Source: Chiloscyllium plagiosum
Lineage: Eukaryota
DNA: 64,000 nucleotides
Direction: 5' to 3'
NCBI RefSeq assembly: GCF_004010195.1
Contig: NC_057719.1
Coordinates: forward strand, 29,823,100 to 29,887,099
Both the position numbers and the translations under genes were made by a program. The notes below the pieces were generated by a model. The model did not search any database, had not been told where the DNA came from, and was given only the letters and a program-made list of their open reading frames with translations. This document shows positions 22,970 to 36,915 of this stretch, in pieces; position 1 is the stretch's first letter; every line of letters begins with the position of its first letter.

Positions 22970-25392
22970 ATGTCCCCCCCACTGACACCATCTCTGCCCC
23001 CCCCCAAGAACCCTGAGGGGAACACCATCCCTGCTCATGACTCCACCCCCATTCCCCCACCACCACACCCACTCCAGTTACCGGCTCCGCCCCCATTCTC
23101 AGCTCCACACCCATACTAGATCCCAGCTCCCAGCTCTGCCGAGTTTTCACCATCCCTCCAGACCTCCCCCTCACTGAGGACGAACAATCAGTCCTCAGCA
23201 AAGGACTCACCTTCATCCCCCTCTGCCCACGCATCAGTGAATTTAATACACGCCGTGATGTTGAACACTTCTTCCACCGCCTCCGCCTCCGAGCTTACTT
23301 TCACAATCAGAACTCCCGTCCACCTTCCGAGGACCCCTTCGCCCGCCTCCAACGCACCTGGACACCCCGTGCTGGCCCGCCCTCGAACTCTTCATTTCCA
23401 ACTGCGGCTGGGACATTAACCGCCTCAATCTGTCTACCCGCTCCCCCACTCCAACCTCTCACCCTCTCAACACGCAGCCCTCCACTCCATCTGCTCCAAT
23501 CCCAACCTCACCATCAAGCCAGAAGATAAAGGGGGTGCAGTGGTAGTCTGGTGCACTGACCTCTACACCGCTGAAGCCAAACGCCAACTCGAGGACATCT
23601 CTTCCTACCGCCCCCTCGACCATGACCCCACACCCCATCACCAAACCATCATCTGCCAGACCATACAGAACCTCATCACCTCAGGAGATCTCCATCCACA
23701 GCTTCCAACCTCATAGTCCGGGAACCCCGCACTGCCCGGTTTTACCTCCTTCCCAAGATCCACAAGCCAGACCACCCTGGCCGACCCATTGCTCCTGCTC
23801 CACTGAACTCATTTCTACCTACCTCGACACTGTCCTATCCCCCCTAGTCCAGGAACTCCCCACATACGTTTGAGACACCACCCACGCCCTCCACCTCCTC
23901 CAAGACTTCCGTTTCCCAGGCCCTCAATGCCTCATCTTCACCATGGGATATCCAATCCCTCTACACCTCTGTCCGCCATGACCAGGTCCTCCAATCCCTC
24001 CATTTCTTCCTCTCCCGACGTCCCAAACAGTACCTTCCACCGACACTCAGTCATTTGGCCTTAACAATTTCTCCTTCGAATCCTCCCACTTCCTCCAGAC
24101 CAAAGGTAGCCATCGGCACCCGTATGGGCCCCAGCTATGCCTGTCTCTTTGTTGGCTATGTAGAGCAGTCCATCTTCCGTAATTATATCAGCACCACTCC
24201 CCACCTCTTCCTCCGCTACATTGATGACTGCATTGACGCCACCTCATGCTCCCGCGAGGAGGTCGAGCAATTCAACAACTTCACCTGCATATTCCACCCT
24301 GACCTTAAATTCACCTGGACCATCTCTGACACCTCCCTTCCCTTCCAGGACCTCTCCATCTCCATTAATGATGACAGACTTGACACCAACATCTTTTATA
24401 AACCCAGTGACTCCCACAGCTACCTGGATTACACCTCTTCCCACCTTACCTCCTGCAAAAATAATGTCCCATATTCCCAATTCTTCCGCCTCCGCCACCC
24501 TACCAACCTTCAAATTAACGATATCATCCATCAACATGTCCACCACCTCCAAACAGACCCCACCACCAGGGATATATTTCCCTCCTCACCCCTTTCCACC
24601 TTCCGCAAAGACCGTTCGCTCCTGGCACCTTCCCCTGCCACCGCAGGAATTGCAAAACCTGTGCCCACACCACTTCCCTCACCTCCATCCACAGCCCTAA
24701 AGGAGCCTTCCACATGCATCAAAGTTTCACTTGCGCATCCACCAATATCACTTATCCTATCCGTTGCTCCCGATGTGGTCTCCTCTACATTGGGGAGACT
24801 GGACGCCTCCTAGCAGAGCGCTTTAGGGAACATCTCTGGGACACCCACACCAATCAACCACACCGCCCTGTGGCCCAACATTTCAACTCCTCCTCCCGCT
24901 CTGCCAAGGACATGGAGGTCCTGGGCCTCCTTCACCGCCGCGCTCTCACCACCCGACGCCTGAAGGAAGAACGCCTCATCTTCCGCCTCGGAACACTTCA
25001 ACCCCAGGGCATCAATGTGGACTTCAACAGTTTCCTCATTTCCCCTTCCCCCACCTCACCCTAGTTCCAAACTTCCAGCTCAGCACTGTCCCCATGACTT
25101 GTCCTACCTGCCTATCTTCTTTTCCACCTATCCACTCCACCCTCCTCCCTGACCTATCACCTTCATCTCCTCCCCCACTCACCTATTGTACTCTATGCTA
25201 CTTTCTCCCCACTCCCACCCTCCTCTCATTTATCTCTCCACCCTTCAGGCACTCTGCCTGTATTCCTGATGAAGGGCTTTTGCCCGAAACCTCGATTTTA
25301 CTGCTCCTCGGGTGCTGCCTGAACTGCTGTGCTCTTCCAGCACCACTAATCCAGAAACTGGTTTCCAGCATCTACAGTCATTGTTTTTACCC
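22970..25392 (+). mobile_element. Penelope-like element family 1, long copy: decayed RT plus GIY-YIG endonuclease and pLTR
   Basis: VLSKGLTF, IKPEDKGGAVVV, FYLLPKIHK, GTRMGPSYACLF, LRYIDD, CSRCGLLYIGETGR, ERFREH, GTLQPQGIN; frameshifts and internal deletions; hammerhead-like motif at 25262-25297. Confidence 0.92.
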
Positions 25393-25799
25393 TCTTCTAT
25401 AAGTTAGCCAATCCTGCATGCATGCTACAACGCTAATTCCAATACCATGGGCTCTTAAGTAGCCTTATGTGTGGTATCTAATTAACAGCCTTCTGAAAAT
25501 CCGAATATGTTACATCCACGATGTCCCCTCTATTTATCCCTGTAACATTCTGTTTTGCTTGCTAAGCTAGGAAAGTCCTTTCCTAGCAAAAGTGATGATA
25601 ATTCTTCCCTTACTTCCTCATGGTCCATGCCATGGTTGAGTTATCAAATACAGACCTGGGAGTATACATCAAAGTAGAGCACACCCCAGCAAGACATGTT
25701 TATTTCTGTCTGTGATTACTTCCCCATCAGTTGATTTTTAGGGGTAACTATAGTGATGGTACGACCAACCATCATCTTGTTTCCATCATATGATGCACA

Positions 25800-26320
25800 T
25801 AGGTTTTTGTAAGCAAAGCTGTACTCAACAAAATTTTAGGGAAAATTGGCAGTTCATTAAAACTCAAGTCTTATTAGCTAATTTTCATGACAACAAAGAT
25901 TGTACTGTTCAGTTTGCTTGTTCACACCATTTAGGACATTTTCAAGGTGAAACATGGTGTGAAATAGGACTGTGTTCTAGCCTTCACTTTGGTATTTTCT
26001 CCTCTGTACTCCTATTTTCCTTCCCTGAACATATGGAAGTTTACCTGCTTGTAGGGCAGGCAGCCAGCTGTACAATCCTTTTTAGATCAAAATGAGACCA
26101 AAATAGAGCACACCTTGAACAAAGAACTTTTTTATGCTGATGATGTTGCTCACGTGGAATCTAAGCTACCAAGACTGATTAGTTGTTTTATCCATGCTGA
26201 TAATTTGTTCTCTCCTACCTCTGAGCATCAAGAAAACTTTGGGACCAGGTGTAACATCTCAGTTCTTGATCGCAGTAAATAACATCCGGCTAGAAATGGA
26301 AAAAATGTCCCTTATTAGAG
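25800..26320 (+). mobile_element. RTE-clade LINE RT relic
   Basis: Broken GVK*DCVLA, FGIFSSVLL, ELFYADDVA and LSIKKT motifs typical of RTE RT. Confidence 0.55.
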
Positions 26321-27119
26321 AACCTGGGGTTTGTTTGTTTTTGTTGGTCTGGGGACTGCCGCATTATTCTGAGAAAAGCAAAACGTTTTCCAAAAAATAA
26401 GTACTGTTTACCTATAGACTAAAGCCCAATCAGATCGAAAAACTGCTACCCTAATGTCTGTTATAGAAAGTCAAATCTCTTGTGAAGGAAGAAAATAAAT
26501 TAGCAGTTTTATGTGAAACTAAATGAGTGCAATTAGGCATGTGACCTGTTTGGGAGTTGAATGCTTCCTCTTGATTGTGATACTCATATGGCAAAATGTA
26601 TTAATTAGCATTGGGAATTTCTTAATTAGTTGGGTAGACTGGAGATTACTGGAGAGGATAAAATGGTCTGTACATTTAACTGTCTGAAGCCAATAACAAT
26701 CTGACAAGCAACCAATATTTTTAGATATTTCAACTCTAATCCTTCCTACATGATATAATTAAAATACAATTGAGATAGAGGTAAACAATTATCAAAAGCT
26801 TTGGATGGGATCAAACGTTTTGAGAGGACTTGTAAGCTCTCGTCACAAAATTGACAGTCCCTTGAGATTGATTGCAAGGGATTTTCTCTCAAGATATAAT
26901 CGGAATATAAAGACCAAATTATCTGGAGTCACATCTGAGACATCATAATACACAAAAGAGAAGCAATGAATCAGAATCTGTCAAAGCTATTGCACCATGA
27001 TTTTCTTTGTGTTATCTAATTACTCAGTACCGATGAATTATCTTAGCATTGTGATCTGAATAAATAACGAAGAGGGTGCTTGGTCTTACCATCACCAATG
27101 TTGCCTCTCTGAAATCAAT

Positions 27120-27470
27120 TATAAGACCATAAAATGTTGGAGTAGTTGTAGGTGCATTGAATCTGCTCACAATTCGATGAAATCAAGGCTGATCTGATAA
27201 TCCTCAAGTCTTTTCTTTCTTTCCTTTTCCCCTATCATCATTAATTCCCATACCAATTAAAAATCTGTCTATTTCAACCTTGAGTAACTCAGTGACCTGG
27301 CCTCTACAGCCCTCTGCAGCAAAGAATAACAGATACACTACTCTCTGAGAGAATAAATTCCTCCTCACCTATCTTATATGGTTGACCTGTTATTCTGAGA
27401 TTATGTTCTCCTGGACTCTCCTATAAGCATCCTTTCCACATCCACCCCGTCAAGTCCCCAAAGAATCGTG
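27120..27470 (-). mobile_element. CR1 LINE 3' end, decayed
   Basis: Similar to 22030-22300 and 43230-43560 (ctctgagagaa..aattcctcctca, tattctgagattatg). Confidence 0.6.
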
Positions 27471-27484
27471 TAAATCTGTGATTT

Positions 27485-27781
27485 TACACAAGGTTTGTAG
27501 CTCAAGTTGTAGATCAGGTTGTAAGTTTGCTCATGGAGTTGGTAGGTTTGTTCTCAGACGCTTTGTCACCATGCTAGATAACATCATCTGTGAGCCTCCG
27601 ATGAAGCGCTAGTTTTCTGTCCTGCTATTTATGTGTTTTGGTTTGTTGTGGTGGTTGATACCACTTCTGGGATTCTTTTCTCAGAGGTTGGTAAATGGGG
27701 TCTAAATCAATGTGTTTGTTACTGGAGTTCTGGTTTGAAGGCCAGGCCAACAAAGACACACACGGGAATTCCTAGAGGCCT
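27485..27781 (-). mobile_element. PLE family 4 3' fragment with short inverted 5' piece and degenerate hammerhead
   Basis: Pieces encode QRHTREFLEA (+, 27749-27781) and NSSNKHIDLDPIY (-). Minus-strand ctca-cAGATGA-tgttatc...ggtgac-aaagcGTC-tgag at 27553-27594. Confidence 0.6.
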
Positions 27782-27784
27782 AAC

Positions 27785-29541
27785 AAATGTTACTGATATA
27801 TGCAAAAGTCCATTAGAATCCTTCAAATCCACTTTCCTCAAAAGTTGCACCACTGAATAATTCATTCTAGTGTTGTCTGGGTCAAGCATATCGTCGTATG
27901 GATCATCATCTGCAGTCTCGAAGGGATCATCAATTGATTTTTCATCACTTCCACGTGACCATAAATAGCCACCCTCCATACCGTCTAAAGCATTAGATCT
28001 TCCACATTTTTTTTGAAGGCTTTCACAATAATTTTAGTTTTCCTCACCATCCAGGGCTCAACGATCCACACACATACAGTTGCCACCCTTTGTGAAGCTT
28101 TTTTCCCCTTCTTGCATCTAAGTGTCCCATTTCTTCCGTACTAAGTCCTTAAAAGGTTTATTGATGCTAACGTCCAGTGGCTGCACCATGCTCGTAAGGC
28201 CTCCAAGAATCATTGGTATGTCGGCATTGTTAACTATAAGTTCACTAATAATACTTTTCACTCTGTGCTCTGAACATATCCCAAATCAACAGGCTTTTTT
28301 CCTTTCTAAGTCCACCTGGTTGCATATTCCATACCTCCCTAATCCAATTCTTGCACCCACCTTCATCCATCCACTCGTTTTCATGGCTGAGGACAACAAT
28401 GCCTTTAAGAAGTTTCTGTCTGGGCAGAGTTTTCCGTTTAAAAATCACCATAGGCTTTAACTTTATTCCATTTGCAATGCAACCAAGTGCCACAGTGAAT
28501 TGACTCCTTTCATGGCCAAAACTGTTTTTGCACCAATCTTGTCCGCAGTACTGTTCCCTGGCACATCAAAGTTCATTGGGATTTCGTTCATCATGCCGAT
28601 GCATGAGAGCCTGTATCCATTTTGCTTCTGACTTCTGATTACAAAGCGATGGAACTCAATTAACTTGTCATTAAGTTCTGCTGGTAGACGTTGGGCAATC
28701 TTGGTTTTCTGTCTGAGCACTAAATCATACCTTTTCATAAACCTACCGCACCATCCAGCACTGGCTTTGAAATCACTGAATCCACCTTTTTTTTTTGCTC
28801 CTTTTTTTGGCACGTGTTCTTATACATTGTTGAGTCACTGTGCTTCCATTCTGACGACACTAAATTACCCAGTTAGCAACCTTTTCTTCTAGCTGTGGCC
28901 ACTTGTTAGGCTTCACTTGGTTGGCATACTTCTGTTTTGGCAAATACTTTAACTGCGTGGCTTTTTTCCTCCAGTCTCAAACACGTTTTTCAGAAACACA
29001 GAGCTCCCTTGCAGCTACGGTATTGTTGTTCATCTCTACAACTTCAATAACTTACTGTTTAAACTGGGCTATATAGTTTTCTTAATGATGCCATTTTGTC
29101 AGAAAAAACTGGGGGAGTTTTACAATAAGTTCAGAGCACACTGTACGCGACACCTACCTTTAAGAAACTAAGACAACAACGGGAAGACAAGGTTGAGGGC
29201 TGCCATAAGGTACTGTAGATATTTGCATGCCCAGGTCAAATATTTGTATGTAAATGTTACATATAAATATATAAATGTATACACTGCGTATATATTTATC
29301 AATATTCAGTTTAACGATTTGAAAATCAGATTGCACAAATATATACTGATGTGTGTAACATGATGATGCAGGTATTGCATTTGAATAAAAAATGTGCAAA
29401 TTCTGCCCTTTATGGTCAGGAAGAGACCCCTGAAAAACTCGGGTCAACTTATACATAGGGTATATGAAAAATACTCAACTTTTGGCCAAAAACAAGAGGT
29501 TGACTTATACATGAGATTGACTTATACATGAGTATATACAG
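27785..29541 (-). mobile_element. pogo-superfamily (Tc2/POGK-like) DNA transposon with decayed transposase; one terminus visible
   Basis: ATG at 29094 then Brinker-like AARELCVSEKRV*DWR, CENP-B HTH FKASAGWCGRFMKR, DDE region LKPMVIFKRK, SLLIWDMF, GGLTSMVQPLDVSINKPFK. Terminus ctgtatatactcatgtataagtcaa with subterminal repeats. Confidence 0.85.
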
Positions 29542-30699
29542 CAAGAGCTAACATAGCAATACCTGCACTACCTATTAAAGGGAAATGTAATGACGTACAC
29601 AAGGAAGCATTAGACCACCCTTAATATCATAATTTAGTCATAGTCATGGTGAGTTGGTCATTGACTTTGATAGCCACTGGCAAAGCGTGGTTCCATAATC
29701 TGGACTGAAGTTACTTCTACAAGAAATATTCAGGAACAATCAGTGACCATTTAGGATAAAGGGAAAAACACTTAATCATGCATTTTTCTCTTCAACAAAT
29801 TAGGTTTATCAGCTGGCAACAATAAATATGAAAAATATTGATCGAAACATTTGTTATTGTTTCCTACTACTTTGAGGTACTCATCCATTGTTGCTGGTTT
29901 TGGTTTCCATTAGCCTTCTCATTTCTGTATTAGTAAAGCATTATGTTTCAATTTGAAGTCTAAGCTTTTGAAGTTGAGCGTGTGTTTTCTTTGATTAGAT
30001 TTTGCTGGGAAGGCATCTTTCCACCAAAGACAATTTATTTTGCTGCAGCTGAATATTGTAGGAGCACCTGATTTGTCTTCAGTGTGTTCTTTATAAACCA
30101 CTTTATGTAGTGGATTGCTTTATATTCCACCACCACACATTGGTTATAACTTCAGTGAGGTAAAACCTTTATTAAAATTAAGAACATTATATTTAATGAG
30201 ATATAGCATTTGTGCCATGTCTGATTGAACAGTGTTATGGACTTAGTAGTGAATCTCTTTCACCTCCACATCCCCAAACATCCAACCCCCTAACACATGT
30301 CTTGTAACTAAATATATTAAGTTTGTTTATAGCGTTGAAGTTGAGTGTAATGTGAACATTACAAATTCTATTTCTGCTTCTGTGGTTTTGGGAAACCAGA
30401 GATAGGAGATCTTCATGAATATTTTATTGTTGATTGATATTGAACAACAGTAAGTGCTTTTAGAGTTTTTAACTGCTTCATAACCTTTAGATTTAAACCA
30501 GTACTATTATCCTGAAGGCTTTTATTAATTGAATAGCTTTGAAGCTATGCCATGGGATAATAGAGATTCATCAGAAATTACATGGTTTGATGTTTTAATG
30601 GAATCATTAAGCTGTCCAAAATAACTTATTTTAAGCCTTCTCTAAAATAGCAATGAAGAAATTTAGCATGTACTATTTGTATTATACCATAATACCAGT

Positions 30700-31135
30700 A
30701 CTTAAAGAGGCTAATGAGGAGAGATTGGGTAGGTTTGACTTGTACTCAGTGGAGTTTGGAAAAATGAAAAGTGACTGTATTGAAACATAGAAGATTCTTA
30801 GGGGGCTTTACAGGGTAGATGCTGAAAGGCTGTTTCCTCTTCTGGTAGAGTCTAGGACCAGAGGACAAAAAAAATTAGAGTAAAGGGTCTTCTGTTTCAG
30901 AATAAGATGAAGAAAAATTATATTCCCTCAAAGGGTAGTGCACCTATGTGACTCTTTACACAGAGGCTGCAAACTTCTCTCATGAAGAATATTCAAAGCT
31001 GAGAACGACAGATATTTAATGATTAATTTAATCAAGGGAACAGAGGAAAGGCAGGAAAGTGAAGTTGAGGATTGTCAGATAAGTTATGATCTCATTGAGT
31101 GGCAGAGCTGACCAATGGCTGAATGTCTTGTAGTC
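30700..31135 (+). mobile_element. CR1 LINE 3' end
   Basis: KILRGLYRVDAERLFPL and ESRTRG motifs. Confidence 0.7.
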
Positions 31136-31789
31136 TTCAAGGTTTATATGTTGAGGCAACTATAAAAATACTGTGGCTAAAGCATCCAGTTTTTTTTCTG
31201 TTGCGAAAAATAAATGCATTCACTGAAACTGCTGTGGTTTCGCTTTTGATGCTAGTTAGTTAGTTTCAACATTTGGTGTTAGCAACTATTGTAACTATAA
31301 GCTTCAAGTTAAATATTAGGGCTAGTGCTATGCTAGGCTGTGTTGATCACTAGTCATGAATGATATGTAATGATTTTGACAGCCACCAGCAAATCATGAC
31401 CTTCTGGTCCAGACAGAACCTCTGGCTGCAAGAAGTTATAAGTATCTGTTGCAAAAGGTTCAGTTCAGCTCAGCATCCTGATATGGTGAGAAGATGTCCA
31501 AAATCTTGAAAATAGACAGGAGGTGTGAGTGTTTGAGCAGTTGCTGACAGTGTTGTTGGGATGTGTGTCTGAGCTGTTTTTCCCAGCTGTTTTGTGTGGA
31601 GAATAAGTGGAAATAAGACCAGGGTTAAGCATGTGGGAGTATTGGTGAAAAGGGAATGGAGTTGCGGAGGGCCGGGCGTAGTGGTGCTCCACTGTCTGGT
31701 ACCACTGTGTGATCTATTATGATTTGGTAGCATTAGAGAACGTAAGATCTGGTCTTATCAGGAGAGACGACAACTTGTTGATGGTACAC

Positions 31790-32550
31790 ACTGCTGCTGT
31801 CCAAGAGACGCTAGGTCTCCTTTAATGCCACACTCCAAGTGCAGCCTTGATGTCAAGGGCTGTCACTCTCATCTCACCTCTAGAATTCAGCGGTTTTGTC
31901 CATGCTTGAACAAAAGCTGTAATGAAGTCAGGAGCTGAGTAGCTGTGGTAGAACCCAAACTGAGCATCAGTGAGCAGGTTATTGCTAAGCTACTGCTGTT
32001 TGATAGTTCTATTGATGACACTGTCTATTACTTTGATAGAGAATAGACTAATGGGGTGATAATTAATTTTCTTTTTTTGACTACTGGGCATTCCTGGGCT
32101 GTTTTCCACATTGCCAGGTGGATGATGTGTTGTACCTGCTCTAGAAGCTTGTCAAGTTCTGGAACACAGGTCTTCAGTACTATGCTGAAATATTGTCAGA
32201 ACACATAACCTTTGTAGTATCCTGTGGTTTTTTTTTATATCACAGGGAATGAATAAAACTGGCTGAAGAGTGACAGCTATGATGCTGGGAACCTCTGGAG
32301 GAGACCATTTATTCACTATTTTTAGCTTAAGATTGTTGCAAATGCTTCAGCCTTCCCTTTGCACTGATGTTCTCGGCTTGTGGAGTCTCCTCCTCCAATG
32401 AGTTGTTTAATTGACCACCAGCATTAATGACTGGATGAGGCACACTGCAGACCTTAAATCTGATCCATTGGTCATATTGTTTAACTTGTAAAAAAAATGC
32501 AAGCAGATCTGTTTTGTGGCTTCATCAGGTTGACACCTCATTTTTAGGTA
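31790..32550 (-). mobile_element. LINE family B internal fragment
   Basis: Similar to 48970-49290 and 51640-52100 (e.g. tgagcaggttattgct, caggttgacacctcat). Confidence 0.7.
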
Positions 32551-33415
32551 TGCTGCAATTTCCCCCCAGACGTGATCGACAATGCTCTCTACCGCATCTC
32601 CTCTACTTCCCGCTCCTCTGCCCTTGAGCCCCGCCCCTCCAATTGCCACCAGGACAGGACCCCGCTGGTCCTCACCTACCACCCCACCAACCTCCATATA
32701 TATCATATCATCCGTCGTCATTTCCGCCATCTCCAAACGGACCCCACCACCAGGGATATATTTCCCTCCCCTCCCCTNNNNNNNNNNNNNNNNNNNNNNN
32801 NNNNNNNNNNNNNNNNNNNNNNNNNNNNNNNNNNNNNNNNNNNNNNNNNNNNNNNNNNNNNNNNNNNNNNNNNNNNNNNNNNNNNNNNNNNNNNNNNNNN
32901 NNNNNNNNNNNNNNNNNNNNNNNNNNNNNNNNNNNNNNNNNNNNNNNNNNNNNNNNNNNNNNNNNNNNNNNNNNNNNNNNNNNNNNNNNNNNNNNNNNNN
33001 NNNNNNNNNNNNNNNNNNNNNNNNNNNNNNNNNNNNNNNNNNNNNNNNNNNNNNNNNNNNNNNNNNNNNNNNNNNNNNNNNNNNNNNNNNNNNNNNNNNN
33101 NNNNNNNNNNNNNNNNNNNNNNNNNNNNNNNNNNNNNNNNNNNNNNNNNNNNNNNNNNNNNNNNNNNNNNNNNNNNNNNNNNNNNNNNNNNNNNNNNNNN
33201 NNNNNNNNNNNNNNNGCATTTCCAACGCCCCTCCCCCAAGTCCCTCCTCCCTACCTTTTATCTTAGCCTGCTTGGCACCCTTTCCTCATTCCTGAAGAAG
33301 GGCTCATACCCGAAACATCGATTCTCCTGCTCCTTGGATGCTGCCTGACCTGTGCTTTTTCAGCAACACATTTTCAGCTTTGATCTCCAGGATCTGCAGT
33401 ACTCACTTTCTCCTA
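32551..33415 (+). mobile_element. PLE family 1-related 3' fragment spanning an assembly gap
   Basis: PLVLTYHPTNLHIYHIIRRHFRHLQTDPTTRDIFP; terminal motif cctgaagaagggctcatacccgaaacatcgatt at 33288-33323. Confidence 0.8.
32778..33215. other. Assembly gap (N run)
   Basis: Run of n characters. Confidence 1.
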
Positions 33416-33557
33416 AGAGCAGAAGTTGGCTATTCAACCCCTTGAGGCTGCTTTGGTCATCCAGCCAAAGTTGGCAAAGGCAGTGAGTCTGGATAGCTGT
33501 GGCAGTCACATGCAAGAGTACAGATCTCTATGCAAAGCTGCATTAAGTGAATGACAA

Positions 33558-33869
33558 GGGGCGGCACAGTGGCTCAGTGGTTAGCACTGCTGTCTCACAG
33601 CACCAGGATCCTAGGTTTGATTCTAGCCTCGGGCGACTGTCTGTGTGGAGTTTGCACATTCTCCCTGTATCTGTGTGGGTTTCCCCTGGGTGCTCCAGTT
33701 TCCTCCCACAGTCCAAAGATGTGCAGGTCAGGTGAATTGGCCATGTTAAATTGCCCAGTGTTAGGTGCATTAGTCAGAGGGAAATGGATCTGGTTGGGCT
33801 ACTCTTCGGAGGGTCGGTGTGGACTGGTTGGCCCGAAGGGCCTGTTTCCATACTGTAGGGAATCTAATC
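33558..33869 (+). mobile_element. HE1/V-SINE-like SINE
   Basis: Head ggggcggcacagtggctcagtggttagcactgctg, conserved body and tail. Confidence 0.9.
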
Positions 33870-36309
33870 ATAAACGTTTAAGGTCAGTGAATGTACTTTC
33901 ACTTCCCAGTAGGCTGATGTGTGACCTCACCTTTGTTGTGCTGATATCTCTACGGATCTTGGCAAGAACTGGAGTTGTATTTCCTTAACACATTGGTGTG
34001 TAGCATACTTGAAGGATTACATTTCCTTCTGTTCTGAGTGGCATGTCTGCAGAGCTGCATGTGGCTACCTGTACAGTGGGCTGTTTGCAATCCAAACAAA
34101 GCTGTGTGTTTGCTTTGCTTTGCCTCACATTGTCTGATGATAAAATGAAACTAGTTGATGCAGGACACTGTAACAGTTTCCTCTTTTATGCATAAGCTAA
34201 CAGTGAAACTTCAGAGTTATTGGCAGTGCTGTCCTCTTATGGCTCTGAAGTTCTGTTTGTGGCTGCAGCAGGTGGCATACCTTGCTAATGGTGTCCTTAG
34301 TGAAACACTGATGCCTGACACACTGTTCCCTGCTGAGATTTGGTCAGAAAGTAGTTCTTAAACCGACCTGAGTAGATGTGGTTTCCTGCTGAATCCTTCT
34401 CCTGCTCATCTTCCTCTTCTAGTGTTTGTCCTGCACTAGATCATTTGTTGTAATTTTTCTGTCATGTTGTAATGCAAGAGGGATGCATATTACTGCACTA
34501 ATATTTTGGAAACAAAAAGTTTGCAATGAAGACTCTGTAGGTTTGAACAACTTAAAAGATGTCTTCGAACCAGCACACATTACTACAATTGCAGCTGATA
34601 GAAATCAATCGCCAATTAATCTGAAAGTAGTTGATTTCTTTAAGTAGCACTGGTTGCAGACACTTCCTGCTGCTGAACACACGCTCAGTTGTATGAGATT
34701 ATGTGAAGTTATAGAGCTTTGAGCTCCAAAATCACTGCATTGTCATTGTATCTGCATTACACGCTGTTTGGCATCACCTGCTTTACATGGATGGACTATC
34801 ACTGCAAACATGTAAGCAGCTTCATGAAAATGACACTTGATACAAGCTGCACCTTAAGTATGGACATTGGGGACAATAATGCAGTCCGAAATTGGCACCA
34901 GTAAGGCCGGAATTTATGACCCTGCGAAAAAGGATTTTCTCAACAGAAAGTGCTGTCTTCTAGTGATGATTATTGTATGTCCTTCCATCAAGATCTTTCT
35001 AAGCTGTTGATTCTTTAGGGGCTTACATAGCCAAGTGCGTGTGAGGATAGCCAACCTCTGGTTTCGTGGGAGAAATCTTGTCGAATAAACAATTTATTGC
35101 ATCTCTGCAACTATTTACACATTAGGGGTATAGGTTCTGTTTGACTGCAGAGGCTGTTGAGTATATCTAGCCTTGGATTTGTCTCCCTCAAGACTCCAGT
35201 TTTCCTGTCCCCTCAAGTCCTCATGTGTCATCACCATTGGTAGAACTTATCACAGACAATCAGATCCTATGCAATGATAATCATATACAGGTGGTCAGGA
35301 ATCACCAGTTTATACAAAGTGTGCTGTGATGCTTTCATTCTAAGATACAAATTCATCCCCCAACAATTCCACTCTTTCCTGCAAATCAAAGGATCTTTGC
35401 TGCAAATTTTGATGATGATACTCCAGGCCTGAAGAGCACAGGTGCAGTAATGGGCATAGGGCCACAAAGAACATATTAAAGACACTGTTGACATCTTGAT
35501 GTTATTGGTACCCATGGCTTAATCAGTCTGGGACCTTCCTGAAATATATCAAGACAAAGGCTCAGCAATGCTGCAAAATAAAACCATTTAGTATTATATT
35601 GTGAATGACCTAGAACAAGTTTGCTGTTTAAAATAGCTTTTTGAAATAGTTCCTTTTATTCTCCTGATAGCAGCCAAAACACGCAAGTACTTCCTCCACC
35701 AAAAACAATTAAATATGTATGTCTCATTATAACCAGGGAACCTCAACTATGGAAATGTGCTGGTGTACTCCAAAGGGAAATCAGAATAATTTAAGATCTG
35801 TATCATTTTAATTAACTATTTCTGGAAATAAAATTCAGTCCTTCAGCATTCAGCTGCTTTTGTGAAGGACAAGCTTAAAATATCAGCAATCAATGCCATG
35901 TCATTTCCAATGACAGAAAGAGAAGTGGGCACCAGTTCTGCTTTAGTATCAAGAGCCAGTTCCCACGTGATTCAATTTAAACCACAAAGCGCCAGTGGCA
36001 TGCTCAGGAGATATGTGCTAGCATGGGTAGGGTGCAGTTGTTCATTGGTGGATCCTACACATAGTTGATGATCCAGCTAGTATGACTGGGCTATTAAAGA
36101 AACTCCAGGACAAACCAAAGGACTCTGCATAATGAGCTCAATTTTTTCAGTTCACCTCCGCTCCATTCTTCCTTGCTGCAAGCCTTTATCACCCTTACCC
36201 TCCCACCTAAATGTCTGCCATCTGACCCCCTCCTCCATTATTCCCTTCTGTTGTGCATTCCTATCCAATACCATCTAAGAGTATGCAACAGCACACACAT
36301 TTGAGACCA

Positions 36310-36915
36310 GACCAAGACTAGACCTATGGTTTAGTGATGCTTTCTTGCAAATTGTGGGAAGGACTTTTTCTCATGCTTGGCACCAAAAGATATCCCGCCT
36401 GACCAAGGAAATGGAGATCCCAAAGGGAGCTCAGCCACAATGGATTCTGTAGTAGAACCTTAGTCTATTGCAGGAATAAGAAGAAACGCTCCAGTCATCC
36501 AGAATAAGTGGCATAGTTTCATGTTACCAAAGGCACTCTCATGGAGCATCAAGTAGTGTATCGTTGTGAGTGGGCAGCTGGGCCAAGTGAGTGGATGCCT
36601 GAGTAGCCTCAGTACCACCTAGCAGTTGAGGCCAAACAGTGTGACATTTTGACTTCTGTGCGTACATATGTGTGATGGGATGCATACAGATAGATGGATT
36701 AGCTGTTATCGACAGGTCAATAAATTTGCACATTTTTATGTAGAGTAAGCAGATCCACAATGCCAGAAGCATACAAAGCCAACAAAAAGTCACAAGATGA
36801 GGATTGGCAATATCAGGCCAGACATAAATTACTCACCATTTCGGAGAAAGAGACCCTGCTGATTGTAGGGGAGGTAAGAGGCTGAACAAATGCAGATGGC
36901 AAGGTTGGGACAGAC
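36310..36915 (+). mobile_element. Possible relic of a PIF/Harbinger Myb/SANT-like ORF
   Basis: Broken peptides WFSDAFLQIV, QCQK and LTISEKETLLIVGE..ADGKVG resemble Myb/SANT-like transposon proteins. Recognised by eye only. Confidence 0.3.

Noticed and set aside
32407..33348. Long ORFs of 173-272 aa in the ORF track
   Set aside because: They are open only because they cross the N gap; the real sequence is PLE debris.
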